A stretch of DNA of 64,000 bases. Origin: Parcubacteria group bacterium Gr01-1014_8 (GTDB taxonomy: Bacteria > Patescibacteriota > Minisyncoccia > Phycocordibacterales > UBA2100). Of this stretch, positions 31,785 through 41,127 are shown one piece after another; the stretch's first letter is position 1, and every line of letters starts with the position of its first letter. The notes below the pieces were generated by a model, which was not told the origin of the DNA, did not search any database, and was given only the letters and a program-made list of their open reading frames with translations. Position numbers and translations under genes: made by a program. The stretch is taken from contig VMGC01000004.1 in the NCBI GenBank assembly GCA_007376385.1, positions 32,001 to 96,000 on the forward strand, in the 5' to 3' direction.

Positions 31785-33002
31785 TTACCCCATTCTCGCC
31801 CTAAAGTCTTGGTAAGAGAATTCGCGTATGGGGATCGCCTGGCCGTCTTTCCATAAAACAATACTTGGGTGCTGGACACCATTGAACATGGTGCACTGAA
31901 CGAGGTTGTATTGAATTCCGTCTTCAATGACTATTTTATCGCCTGCCTTTAGAGGTTTTTTAAAGACGTGGTTAAAGGAAAGTCTGTCGCCCGTCAAACA
32001 TGTGCCTCCGCCAAGTCGATATAGATTCTTTGTATTTTTTGGCGTCTCGCTGCGATCGATCTTCGCACCTCGTATTCGCACGTCGTAGTCCGAGCTGAGT
32101 ATGAAATCCGGTGTATGAGCCGAAAACGACATGTCGAGCACCGCGATTTTGTACGGCACATCATCTCGATAGAGGACATCTAATACCGATGCTACGAGTG
32201 TTCCCGCGTTCCAAACGATAGCCGCGCCAGGCTCTAACTGAACACGAACATCGTATTTCTTTTGGAACGTTTTGATAAGCGCAATGATTCCATTTACGTC
32301 ATATGCATCATCGGTAATTTTCTGACCGCCGCCAAAGTTGATCCATTTCATGCCGGGGAAATACGTTGCAAATTTCTCTTCCACAAGAGTTACAGCAGTT
32401 TCTAGTTCGGAGAATTCCTTTTCAAAAAAGATATGAAAATGAAGTCCGCTAATGCCTTCGAGCGCCTTAGGGTCTTTCGCGAGGGCTTCTTTGAATTCGT
32501 TGATACGGATGCCAAGCCGTGAGCCTGGTGCGCAAGGGCTCCATAATCCGCCATGCTCATCGGGCCCCAGATATTCAGGATTGATACGTAACCCGCATTG
32601 TATCTTCATTCCCGTATTTTTTTCGTGTGCCCACACGCGTTCACGAAATTGATACCACTGGCTGAATGAATTAAATACGATGGTATTGCAATATTTCAAC
32701 ACATCCGCAAATTCCTCTTCTTTGTAGGCAGGAGCATACATGTGCACTTCCGACCCGAATTCATCGAAGCCAAGTCTAGCTTCATTCAGCGAACTCACTT
32801 CAGTACCGTCTAAATATTCTTTAGTGATATGAAAGAGGGGCCAGGTTGCCCATGTCTTCAAAGCTTGCAGCATGAAGCAACCCGTCTCGTCTTTCACGTG
32901 TTTCAGTATCGAGAGATTATGTCGAAGTAATTCTTCCTCGATAACAAATGCGGCGGTCTTTATTTTTGACGGATCAAGTGTGGAAGCAGGTCTTTTTTTC
33001 AT
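31785..33002 (-). CDS. nspC: Carboxynorspermidine/carboxyspermidine decarboxylase
   Basis: Fold-type III PLP decarboxylase with NspC-like length (405 aa) and conserved regions. Lies near the CANSDH gene. Confidence 0.8.
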   Translation of the reverse strand: MKKRPASTLDPSKIKTAAFVIEEELLRHNLSILKHVKDETGCFMLQALKTWATWPLFHITKEYLDGTEVSSLNEARLGFDEFGSEVHMYAPAYKEEEFADVLKYCNTIVFNSFSQWYQFRERVWAHEKNTGMKIQCGLRINPEYLGPDEHGGLWSPCAPGSRLGIRINEFKEALAKDPKALEGISGLHFHIFFEKEFSELETAVTLVEEKFATYFPGMKWINFGGGQKITDDAYDVNGIIALIKTFQKKYDVRVQLEPGAAIVWNAGTLVASVLDVLYRDDVPYKIAVLDMSFSAHTPDFILSSDYDVRIRGAKIDRSETPKNTKNLYRLGGGTCLTGDRLSFNHVFKKPLKAGDKIVIEDGIQYNLVQCTMFNGVQHPSIVLWKDGQAIPIREFSYQDFRARMG

Positions 33003-33060
33003 ATCAGCAATGTACTACGTATTCGTGAGAATGCGAGCATTTACAGTGTAGAATTTACCC

Positions 33061-33555
33061 ATGGAAGATAAAACAATTAATGCTTTGCGCTGGATTCTAG
33101 AAATTCTACATAGGAATGAAGTTGAATATCAGATCACAGGTGGTCTTGCGGCCAAAATATACGGATCTCCTAGGCCACTTAACGATATTGATATAGACCT
33201 ATCAGGAAAGTCGTTTCCAACGATAGTGCCTGAAATCTCAGAATATATAACATTTGGTCCCGCTCGTTTTAAAGATGGTAAATGGGATATGGATATGATC
33301 TCACTGAATTATCAGGGGCAGGAGATGGATTTAAGCGGTATAGACAATGATCCTCGCATCAGCAACAAGCCGAGAACAGAGTGGATCCCGTATCTCAGTG
33401 ATATTTCTAAAAAATTGAAACTTGATCATGAGGGAATGGACGTCTGGGTTATGCATCCTCGCGCATTGGCGGCATACAAGAAAGAACTCGACGGCGACCA
33501 CCAATCGATGGACATCGCAGCGGCAGAGAAATATGCCAGCGAACATGGATCGTAG
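33061..33555 (+). CDS. Nucleotidyltransferase-fold protein (minimal NTase, ANT/Lnu-like)
   Basis: GGLAAKIYGSPRPLNDIDIDL matches the hG[GS]...DhDh Pol-beta-type NTase motif. Confidence 0.55.
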   Translation: MEDKTINALRWILEILHRNEVEYQITGGLAAKIYGSPRPLNDIDIDLSGKSFPTIVPEISEYITFGPARFKDGKWDMDMISLNYQGQEMDLSGIDNDPRISNKPRTEWIPYLSDISKKLKLDHEGMDVWVMHPRALAAYKKELDGDHQSMDIAAAEKYASEHGS

Positions 33556-33560
33556 CACCT

Positions 33561-34472
33561 CTACGCTATGAGAAAAGAGCCAATGACCACAAGCAGGATC
33601 CCGGCGCTTTTTTGAATGACGGTTTCCTTCGTGAACACTTCTTCAAGATCGACTTTGAATTTCTGCTGCGCGAACATCGTGATCATAAGCAATATCAACG
33701 GATGGATGACTTTCATCGCAGCGACCTGAGTAACTGTCGCAAGAGTAAGCGCATGCAATGTGAAAAAGATATTCCCATAATCCGCCAGCTTCGCAAGGGA
33801 CGCCCCGCGTGCGTAGGAAAGAGCTCCCTGCAACTGTATACCCTTGCCGGCCCATGCAAAATGTATAGCAAGCATTACTGCGAGAAAGGCGCACATGTAC
33901 AGCATGCCACTCACCAGGAAAGACGCAGGAGAGAGCTCATACTGCTCGTAATAGCTCTTGAAAATATACCCCTCTGAACCGATGACGATCGCATCAAAAA
34001 TCAAGACACCGAGCATCATAAGTATGTATTTGGAATTTGAGAGTCTTTTTGACAGATCCTTGCGTGCAAAGAAGATCAACCCGCCGATAACCAACACTCC
34101 GACTCCGCCTATCTGCATCAACGTAAGCGACTCTTGCCGGAAAAAGATATCTATGGGCAGGAACACAAGGGGAAGAAGCGCGAACGTTACGCTGGCTGCC
34201 GTTATTTCAATGTACTTCAATATCCACGTATAGGAGATCGCTTGTATCGCATATACGAGTCCCCACCAAATTATCGGAAGAGAGAAGATTATCTCAGGCA
34301 CTGATCGGTAGATGAGAAATGCCACAACGATCGCAACACCAAGCACGATAATGTTCCGTATCAACGCGGCAACGAACGTGTCGAGCGTGCTTGAACCAAG
34401 CATCGCCGCTTTATCGATCGTTTCCTCAAGCGTGTTACAGAATATCGCGCCGAGGCTAAAGAGTTGCCACAT
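33561..34472 (-). CDS. DMT-superfamily (EamA-like) 10-TM transporter
   Basis: About 10 hydrophobic helices in two repeats of five. Confidence 0.55.
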   Translation of the reverse strand: MWQLFSLGAIFCNTLEETIDKAAMLGSSTLDTFVAALIRNIIVLGVAIVVAFLIYRSVPEIIFSLPIIWWGLVYAIQAISYTWILKYIEITAASVTFALLPLVFLPIDIFFRQESLTLMQIGGVGVLVIGGLIFFARKDLSKRLSNSKYILMMLGVLIFDAIVIGSEGYIFKSYYEQYELSPASFLVSGMLYMCAFLAVMLAIHFAWAGKGIQLQGALSYARGASLAKLADYGNIFFTLHALTLATVTQVAAMKVIHPLILLMITMFAQQKFKVDLEEVFTKETVIQKSAGILLVVIGSFLIA

Positions 34473-34475
34473 GGG

Positions 34476-35702
34476 CTATATCTTCGCGGGAAGCGGTTTG
34501 TAGTTGATGACCTTATGTGGCAAACCATTTTTTGCAAGTGTCTTCAAGAACGGCTCCGGGTCCAATTGTTCGACGTTCCATACACCTGCCCCTGTCCAAA
34601 AACCTTTCATGACCATCATGGCTGCAATTACTGGCGGTACGCCCGCCGTATATGAGACTGCTTGAGAACCGACTTCGCGGAAGCATTTTGCGTGGTCGCA
34701 GACGTTATAAATGTATTTAGTACTTTCTTTGCCATTTTTTACGCCGGTCACGATACAACCGATGACAGCCTTGCCGCTGTACCCGGTTGCTAGCGATGCC
34801 GGGTCCGGGAGAAGTGCTTTCAAGAATTGAATTGGCACGATAGGTCTCCCTTCAAACATTACAGGGTCAATCCGACTGATGCCAATCGACTCCATGACGC
34901 GAAGATGCGTGAGGTAATTCTCGCCAAATGTCATCCAGAATCGCATTCGTTCAACAGAAGGGAAATGTTTGACAAGAGATTCCATTTCTTCGTGGTAGAG
35001 AAGATAGCTCTCCCTCTTTCCAGCAACAGGATAGTTGAAGGTGAAGTGGGTGCTTTTTGGGTCCATGATCGGGGGGCTCTTTACCCACTTTCCTTTGTTC
35101 CAATGTTTAACCTCTTGCGTAACCTCGCGAATGTTGATTTCTGGATTAAAATTCGTTGCAAATGATTTGCCGTGGCTTCCAGCATTTGCGTCGAGAATAT
35201 CAACGTACTTTATCTTGTCGAAATATTTCTTTGCGATATATGCGATGAAGGCGTTCGTAACTCCAGGGTCGAAGCCAGCGCCAAGAACCGCCATGATGCC
35301 CTTTTTCTTGTAGCGCGCCTGGTATGCCCATTGCCAGCTGTATTCAAAGTGAGCCTCATCGATAGGTTCGTAGTTCGCGGTGTCTATATAGTGGACTCCC
35401 GTTTCGAGGCATGCATCCATGATGGAAAGATCTTGGTAGGGAAGGGCGAGGTTGATGACGACCTCGGGATCTACTTTACGAATGAGCGCCGCTACATCTT
35501 TAGCTTTGTCAGCGTCTACAACATGGGTCTCAATGTCCACCCCCCAGCGTTTTTTTACATTCTTCTGGATTGCGTTCGGCTTTGCTATCGAACGGCTGGC
35601 GAGGTGTATTTTTTTGAATACGTCTTTATTTATTGCGCACTTGTGTGCGGCGACACTTCCGACCCCTCCGGCTCCAATGATGAGTACAGTTCCTTTAGCC
35701 AT
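34476..35702 (-). CDS. Carboxynorspermidine dehydrogenase / saccharopine dehydrogenase family
   Basis: N-terminal Rossmann motif LIIGAGGVGSV and full-length CANSDH-like similarity. Start taken at MAKGTVLIIGAGG. Confidence 0.85.
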   Translation of the reverse strand: MAKGTVLIIGAGGVGSVAAHKCAINKDVFKKIHLASRSIAKPNAIQKNVKKRWGVDIETHVVDADKAKDVAALIRKVDPEVVINLALPYQDLSIMDACLETGVHYIDTANYEPIDEAHFEYSWQWAYQARYKKKGIMAVLGAGFDPGVTNAFIAYIAKKYFDKIKYVDILDANAGSHGKSFATNFNPEINIREVTQEVKHWNKGKWVKSPPIMDPKSTHFTFNYPVAGKRESYLLYHEEMESLVKHFPSVERMRFWMTFGENYLTHLRVMESIGISRIDPVMFEGRPIVPIQFLKALLPDPASLATGYSGKAVIGCIVTGVKNGKESTKYIYNVCDHAKCFREVGSQAVSYTAGVPPVIAAMMVMKGFWTGAGVWNVEQLDPEPFLKTLAKNGLPHKVINYKPLPAKI

Positions 35703-35759
35703 GGTTTCAATTTTATTGTATAGCCGGATGATAGGAGCGATAGGGGACAGCGTCAAGCA

Positions 35760-37595
35760 TCAGAAATTTCCCCACGCTGCCGGATGCCATGGTACTTTCG
35801 TAGAAATTTTTTCGGTCTTTTGCCGAAAGCCGTCATCCTTCATCAATTCTCGAATCGAAGGAAGAGTCTTGGGAGCGTTAGGCAATTTTTCTAGTACATA
35901 TACTTGCACAGGCGTACCAGAGGCAGTCATTTTTTTACGCAAAATAACATTCAGTATCTTTATGCGAGGAGCAATACCGCCTTCGTTGGGTTCTGAAAAT
36001 ATGGATTCGAGAAGCTCTAGTACGGAGGGGTAGACATAACGCGCCTCTATGAATATCTGCCCGTTTGTCGCAAGCCGTTCATAGAGTTCTCTCAAGACTC
36101 TGTCGTATAACGATTGAAATGCAGCTTTGTTTGCTATCTTCTCTTTCATTGCTCCGATCGGCCTGAAAAAAACGGTATCTAAAACAAATCCCCGAGATAT
36201 ATGGTCGTCGATTCTCGCAAGTAGGTTCTTGAGGCTTCCTCCTCTGCCCCGACGGAGAACATCCCCAGGGACAAATTCCAGTCCTGGACGGTGAGTCTGG
36301 GCGACGGCATTGGCATGAGGAGTATCACTTGGATCGATTGCTGTGGCCGCGATCATCGCGTCTTCACCTGCTTCAAATCCTAAATTTCCCTGGCCGAATA
36401 CATCTACGAAGAGGACTTTCTGTTTATTTCCATGTCGCTTTGCAATTCGTTCTTGGATACGTTGCGGAGACGAAAGCCCCCAGAAGGAGAGTTTATCAAC
36501 GCTCTCTTGCGAATTTATCTGTGTTGACCTTTTTACCTCATCTTCAATGTCGTCGGGGCTTCTCGCAAAATACGGAATATTACCCGCGTATGCATCCCAG
36601 TTTTTTTCTTTTAGCTTCTGTGCATCATGCATGTCGTATTTCAAGCTTTCTAACCCGCGGCGCATAACACCTTTTTTTAGGATTTTAAATTTGCGCACAG
36701 GTTTGGTGCGAAGTTTTGCCGTCTCTGAAATATAGTTCTCGTCCACTTGAGAATCTCCTGCTCGGTCGACATATATCTGCCGTTTGTAATAAGGTCTCAC
36801 AGTTTTTATGCTTATCAAATGACCGCCAACAATGGGCGCGTTTGACCCGAGTCTTTCGTCAAGACTAGTCTGGAGAGCGAAAATCTTTTCGGCTTGATTT
36901 TTGATGTTGCCGTTAGGTAACCGTGCGATATCGGCCGTTTTCATTCGAAGGATATAATCTTCATCTGTGAGAACCAAGCCTTCATTGCCTGATGGGAGAA
37001 GTGATTGGTCGGGAGCGAGTACATCGGTCCTACTCAAGTAATCAATGTCTAGTTTCCGAAGACGTTCAACCTCGGCAATTCCGGTGCCGGTTGTTCCATA
37101 ATACGTCGTAAAACCTTTGGTTTTTCCTACCGCGATCCGACTCATTATCGCCGCCAACGTTGTCGAAGCGCTGATTATTGAGTTAAACGAAGGCTCCGAA
37201 AATATCGTTGTATAGAGATCCTTCCCGATACCTTTCTGCTGGTGTTCTTTGCCCACGATAATGTCACGAAGAATCGCGACGGAGGCGTCGCTTGCGTCGC
37301 GCTCGATGCAACAAAATCCGAGTACGCGAGAATCGGAAGTTTTAATGAAAACCTTATCAACGCTCTCGAATGTTATCTGCAATTGTCGCTCAAATTCCGC
37401 TTCATCACGATCGTATGCCTCCTTAATGAGGGGCCAAAACAGATCCTTAAGTTGGACAATGTTCTCGTTCCACATCTCTTTGTCTTTAACGGTAAGGACG
37501 AGACTAGCACTTGAGATATCCATCGAGGCGCCTTTGAAATTCTCAAGCTTTAGTTTGAGCTCATTTGGACAATCACTCCCGATATCCCGTATCAT
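35760..37595 (-). CDS. Multidomain protein: N-terminal GNAT acetyltransferase domain fused to uncharacterised middle region and C-terminal Rossmann-like (GxGxxG) domain
   Basis: GNAT motif A (ILRDIIVGKEHQQKGIGKDLY). C-terminal KVLFVDVFGQGNLGFEAGED resembles a dinucleotide/SAM-binding motif. Confidence 0.6.
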   Translation of the reverse strand: MIRDIGSDCPNELKLKLENFKGASMDISSASLVLTVKDKEMWNENIVQLKDLFWPLIKEAYDRDEAEFERQLQITFESVDKVFIKTSDSRVLGFCCIERDASDASVAILRDIIVGKEHQQKGIGKDLYTTIFSEPSFNSIISASTTLAAIMSRIAVGKTKGFTTYYGTTGTGIAEVERLRKLDIDYLSRTDVLAPDQSLLPSGNEGLVLTDEDYILRMKTADIARLPNGNIKNQAEKIFALQTSLDERLGSNAPIVGGHLISIKTVRPYYKRQIYVDRAGDSQVDENYISETAKLRTKPVRKFKILKKGVMRRGLESLKYDMHDAQKLKEKNWDAYAGNIPYFARSPDDIEDEVKRSTQINSQESVDKLSFWGLSSPQRIQERIAKRHGNKQKVLFVDVFGQGNLGFEAGEDAMIAATAIDPSDTPHANAVAQTHRPGLEFVPGDVLRRGRGGSLKNLLARIDDHISRGFVLDTVFFRPIGAMKEKIANKAAFQSLYDRVLRELYERLATNGQIFIEARYVYPSVLELLESIFSEPNEGGIAPRIKILNVILRKKMTASGTPVQVYVLEKLPNAPKTLPSIRELMKDDGFRQKTEKISTKVPWHPAAWGNF

Positions 37596-37607
37596 GATAG
37601 AAGTCTA

Positions 37608-38036
37608 TTAGCCTTCAAAAAGTAGAATAATTCCAATAGCGGAAAACAGAAAACCAACAGCCTTCGTGATAGACAACGGCTCTTTTAGAAAAATGATTCC
37701 AACAAACGCGACTATCGCAATTGCGACCACTTCCGTCAGAATGCCAGCGACGCTCAGTTGTGCGCCACGGCTATACATAAAGAAAATAGCGAGATCTGCA
37801 ATAGCTATAGAAGCACCTGCAAATAGGGCGGCACCGATGCCATAACGAGTGTACGTTAGATGTCCGTCGTATAAACGATAGAAAAATAAAAGGCAAAGGC
37901 TTACAGCCAGCGCCGACGACGTCATAATAATCACCGCAAGGAGAGGAGAGATTTTTTCGCCGGTCAATTTAGCACCGATGGCGTATCCAGCGGTACCCAG
38001 TGTGTAGAGCACGGCGAATATTTTCCACGACTGCAT
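37608..38036 (-). CDS. Small 4-TM EamA/SMR-like transporter
   Basis: About 140-aa hydrophobic protein with four predicted helices. Start taken at the internal ATG (MQSWKIF). Confidence 0.5.
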   Translation of the reverse strand: MQSWKIFAVLYTLGTAGYAIGAKLTGEKISPLLAVIIMTSSALAVSLCLLFFYRLYDGHLTYTRYGIGAALFAGASIAIADLAIFFMYSRGAQLSVAGILTEVVAIAIVAFVGIIFLKEPLSITKAVGFLFSAIGIILLFEG

Positions 38037-38183
38037 CGCTCCAGTATATACTTCTGTAGCCTTTCGGTTGTCCACACTGTTGACAAAAAGATGCATATTT
38101 TGAAAAACGTGGTATGGTATCGGTCTATCCGAATACTGCAAGAGCGCAACCCGCGCATACGGCATCGGTAAGAAACATCAGAG

Positions 38184-39599
38184 ATGAGCACGGAATCCGC
38201 AACGCCTAAAAAGCGTGCGAAAACAAAAAAGAAAAAGAAGAAAAACGGTTTTAAAAAATTCTGGCGCCTCGGAATGGAGGAGTTTAATACGGGGGGCTTT
38301 GATATTAGTTCCGACGGCGAACTTGTCGCGCGCGAGGGCAATTATCAATACAATATTTTCGATATTGTAAAGAAATACGGCTCTCCGACGGAAATATTCT
38401 TTCCAACCGTCGTTGAGAACCGTGTGCGTGACCTTATCGAGACATTCAACGCGTACATAAAAGTCCTCGGATACAAGGGGAAATTTCACTACCATTATCC
38501 AATGAAAGTGAACCAAAACAAGGAATTTGTCTTACCTGCGGTAGCCGAGGGCTCCAACCTTGATGTTGCATCTGCAAACGAGCTGTATCTGGTAAAGCGA
38601 ATGTTGGAACAGGAAAGGTTCCACAACAAGATGCGCGTCATATGCAATGGTCCGAAAACAGCGCGGTACATGGACCTCATAGAAGAGCTGCGGGGGAAAG
38701 GACTCACGGTCATTCCGATAATCGAGGATCCGGTGGAGCTCGAGCGGATGCAAAAATTCAAAGGTCCTGTCGGCATTCGCGTCGATTTGAACGTTAAAGT
38801 GAAAAGTCATTGGGATAAGAAATTCAACCGCTTCGGCTTTACTGAAGATGAGTTGCTCGACATAGGGAAAATACGAAATCTTTCGGTATTGCACTATCAC
38901 ATTTCAAGCCAAATAGAGCAGATGAACGGATTTATTGAGCCGCTCAAAAGGGCAATTCAACTATTTGCAAAAATGAAGGAAAAGAATCCTGGATTGGACA
39001 CGCTCGATATCGGCGGGGGAGCAGGAGTTCCGTACAACAAGCAAAAGAAATTTTATTCGGGAAAAAGCCTCATTCAAAAGATCGTTAAAACAGCAAAAAC
39101 GCAAGCTGATGCGCTTGGGATAAAGCACCCGAATCTCATCGCCGAGTGGGGGCGTTACGTTGTCGCACCAGCCCAGATGACAATTTACAGGGTCATCGCC
39201 GAAAAGAGCGTGCAAAATAAAGGAGGCAATAAATGGTACGTCGTTGACGGAAGTTTTATGAACGACCTCACTGATACGTGGGCGCTCAAACAGAAGTGGC
39301 ACGTGATACCGATAAACAACTTACATCATCCGAAGTTGGAGCGGGTCTGGTTTGCCGGCAGTTCCTGCGACAGTGATGACAAGTACACTCACGGCGGCGT
39401 TCATGTTTTAGTGCCTAAGTTGTCAGATATAGACGAGCTGTTTGTCGGTATCCTCGATACCGGTGCATACCAGGACTCGCTTGCCTCGCATCATTGTCTT
39501 CTTTCATCGCCTTTGAAACTTATGGCTGCAAACGGCGAGATAAAAGTTGTGCGCAAGAGGGAGACACCAGAAGAGGTTGGGCGTCAGTTCGGGTGGTAG
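38184..39599 (+). CDS. speA: Biosynthetic arginine decarboxylase-like PLP enzyme (fold type III, short SpeA-like)
   Basis: YPMKVNQ PLP-lysine motif and LDIGGGAGVPY glycine-rich motif. Unusual Lys-rich N-terminal tail (PKKRAKTKKKKKKNGFKKFW). Confidence 0.75.
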   Translation: MSTESATPKKRAKTKKKKKKNGFKKFWRLGMEEFNTGGFDISSDGELVAREGNYQYNIFDIVKKYGSPTEIFFPTVVENRVRDLIETFNAYIKVLGYKGKFHYHYPMKVNQNKEFVLPAVAEGSNLDVASANELYLVKRMLEQERFHNKMRVICNGPKTARYMDLIEELRGKGLTVIPIIEDPVELERMQKFKGPVGIRVDLNVKVKSHWDKKFNRFGFTEDELLDIGKIRNLSVLHYHISSQIEQMNGFIEPLKRAIQLFAKMKEKNPGLDTLDIGGGAGVPYNKQKKFYSGKSLIQKIVKTAKTQADALGIKHPNLIAEWGRYVVAPAQMTIYRVIAEKSVQNKGGNKWYVVDGSFMNDLTDTWALKQKWHVIPINNLHHPKLERVWFAGSSCDSDDKYTHGGVHVLVPKLSDIDELFVGILDTGAYQDSLASHHCLLSSPLKLMAANGEIKVVRKRETPEEVGRQFGW

Positions 39600-39611
39600 G
39601 ACACAGACTAG

Positions 39612-39705
39612 GCATATGTTCGGTACCGTCGCTGTCTGTCGCTGCTGCGACAGCGCTGACTCTCGATCCGGTCGGCCTGCGAGACACGGCACCGAACACA
39701 TGCCC
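39612..39705. terminator. Long imperfect inverted repeat / hairpin downstream of speA (possible terminator)
   Basis: CATATGTTCGGTACCGTC ... GACACGGCACCGAACACATG with inner CGCTGTC...GACAGCG. No poly-T tail. Confidence 0.25.
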
Positions 39706-39784
39706 ACGCTCGTTAAGGGGTGAATACAAAATGCAAATTCCACAGACTCGCTTATGATATACTTCTCGCATTAGACAATAATTA

Positions 39785-40744
39785 TTGTATATGCCAAGTT
39801 CACCGAAAGTCACGCCGAAAGATTTCTTCCTCTGGGCAGGAGCGATGGTTGCCCTCTATGGGGGAGTCATTTCCTTCGTCACCCTATTATTTCAATACAT
39901 TGATTACGCGTATCCTGATCCTCTTTCCAACTATTCATACAGCGACCCGTTCTCAGGCAGCATGCGGTTTGCTATGGCGACTCTCATTGTGCTCGTGCCC
40001 GTAGCTCTCGTCATCATGCGCTTCATACGCAAAGACATCGCGCGCATTCCTGAAAAAAATGAACTGTGGGTACGACGATGGGCGCTCGTACTCACCGTCT
40101 TTATCGCTGGGGCTGCAGTAGTGGGGGACTCGATCGCGCTCATTAATTCGTTCCTGGGCGGTGATCTTACGACTCCATTTCTTCTCAAGGTTGTTGCGCT
40201 TCTTCTCGTTGCCGGTGCCGCATTCTTGCATTTTCTCGCTGACTTGCGTGGATACTGGACGGCAAATCGGGGACGGGCACAGATGGTCGGTTACGGAGCA
40301 GGAACCGTTGTACTTCTTACCGTCGTCGCAGGATTCTTCATCATGGGAACGCCGGGCGATGTGCGATTGATGCGTTATGACTCGCAAAAAGTGACTGACC
40401 TCCAGAACATACAATGGCAAGTGGTGAACTATTGGCAACAGAAACAAATGCTCCCGACAGCATTATCGCAACTTGAGGATCCTATCTCTGGTTGGAAGGC
40501 ACCGCTCGATCCAGAGGACAAGAGAGAGTATACGTATGAGAAAACAGGCGATATGTCTTTCAAACTCTGCGCGGAGTTCAACTTCGAAGTCACCGAAGAA
40601 ATGAATGGGGTGAAGGTTGCATATCCGGAATACGGCGTTAGTACGGACAATTGGCTGCATGGGCAGGGTGAGCACTGCTTTGACCGAACTATCGATCCGG
40701 ACCTGTATCCAGTCTATCCCAAAGGCGTTCCCATCCGCGAGTAA
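39785..40744 (+). CDS. Hypothetical membrane protein (about 5 TM, DUF-like)
   Basis: Hydrophobic N-terminal two-thirds and a soluble C-terminal domain. Confidence 0.5.
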   Translation: MYMPSSPKVTPKDFFLWAGAMVALYGGVISFVTLLFQYIDYAYPDPLSNYSYSDPFSGSMRFAMATLIVLVPVALVIMRFIRKDIARIPEKNELWVRRWALVLTVFIAGAAVVGDSIALINSFLGGDLTTPFLLKVVALLLVAGAAFLHFLADLRGYWTANRGRAQMVGYGAGTVVLLTVVAGFFIMGTPGDVRLMRYDSQKVTDLQNIQWQVVNYWQQKQMLPTALSQLEDPISGWKAPLDPEDKREYTYEKTGDMSFKLCAEFNFEVTEEMNGVKVAYPEYGVSTDNWLHGQGEHCFDRTIDPDLYPVYPKGVPIRE

Positions 40745-40747
40745 TTT

Positions 40748-41002
40748 CTACGAGTCTGACTCGTAATGATCGAGTCGCCAGCGTTGGTAGGCGAGTAGCG
40801 CCCACTCTGAGCCTAGGATGAGCGACGAGATGGTTGCCGACCACAGATCGAGTGTCGCGTAGGTCGCAGCAAACACAAATAGTCCGCCAGCAGAAGCAAG
40901 TGAGGTGAGTAGTGCTGGCTTTTGTGCTCGATCAAATATCGTCGGTAAGATCGTCAAAATAAATCCCCACTGAATGATCGAGATAGCCCAATCTTGCCAC
41001 AT
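40748..41002 (-). CDS. Small hypothetical membrane protein (84 aa)
   Basis: Two or three hydrophobic helices, tightly packed between neighbours. Confidence 0.35.
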   Translation of the reverse strand: MWQDWAISIIQWGFILTILPTIFDRAQKPALLTSLASAGGLFVFAATYATLDLWSATISSLILGSEWALLAYQRWRLDHYESDS

Positions 41003-41043
41003 GATTGTTAGTATATCGTATATAGTATATCGTATCTCGTATT

Positions 41044-41127
41044 ATGAAGAGATACGATCATCGCAAAATTGAGAAAAAATGGGCCTCCTTCGCTAAGGCT
41101 ACGGACGGGCAAACAGCAGAAGTATGA
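41044..41127 (+). other. Upstream ORF (27 aa) mimicking the LeuRS N-terminus, stop overlapping the leuS ATG (ATGA)
   Basis: Encodes MKRYDHRKIEKKW..., versus LeuRS MKSYDHKRIERKW... Its ATG sits in the loop of a 10-bp perfect hairpin (41029-41058). Confidence 0.3.

Noticed and set aside
41003-41123. T-box riboswitch upstream of leuS (and cysS, gltX, aspS leaders)
   Set aside because: Leaders are 20-120 nt, far shorter than T-box elements (about 200-300 nt), and no T-box consensus (AATTAGGGTGGNACCGCG-like) is present.
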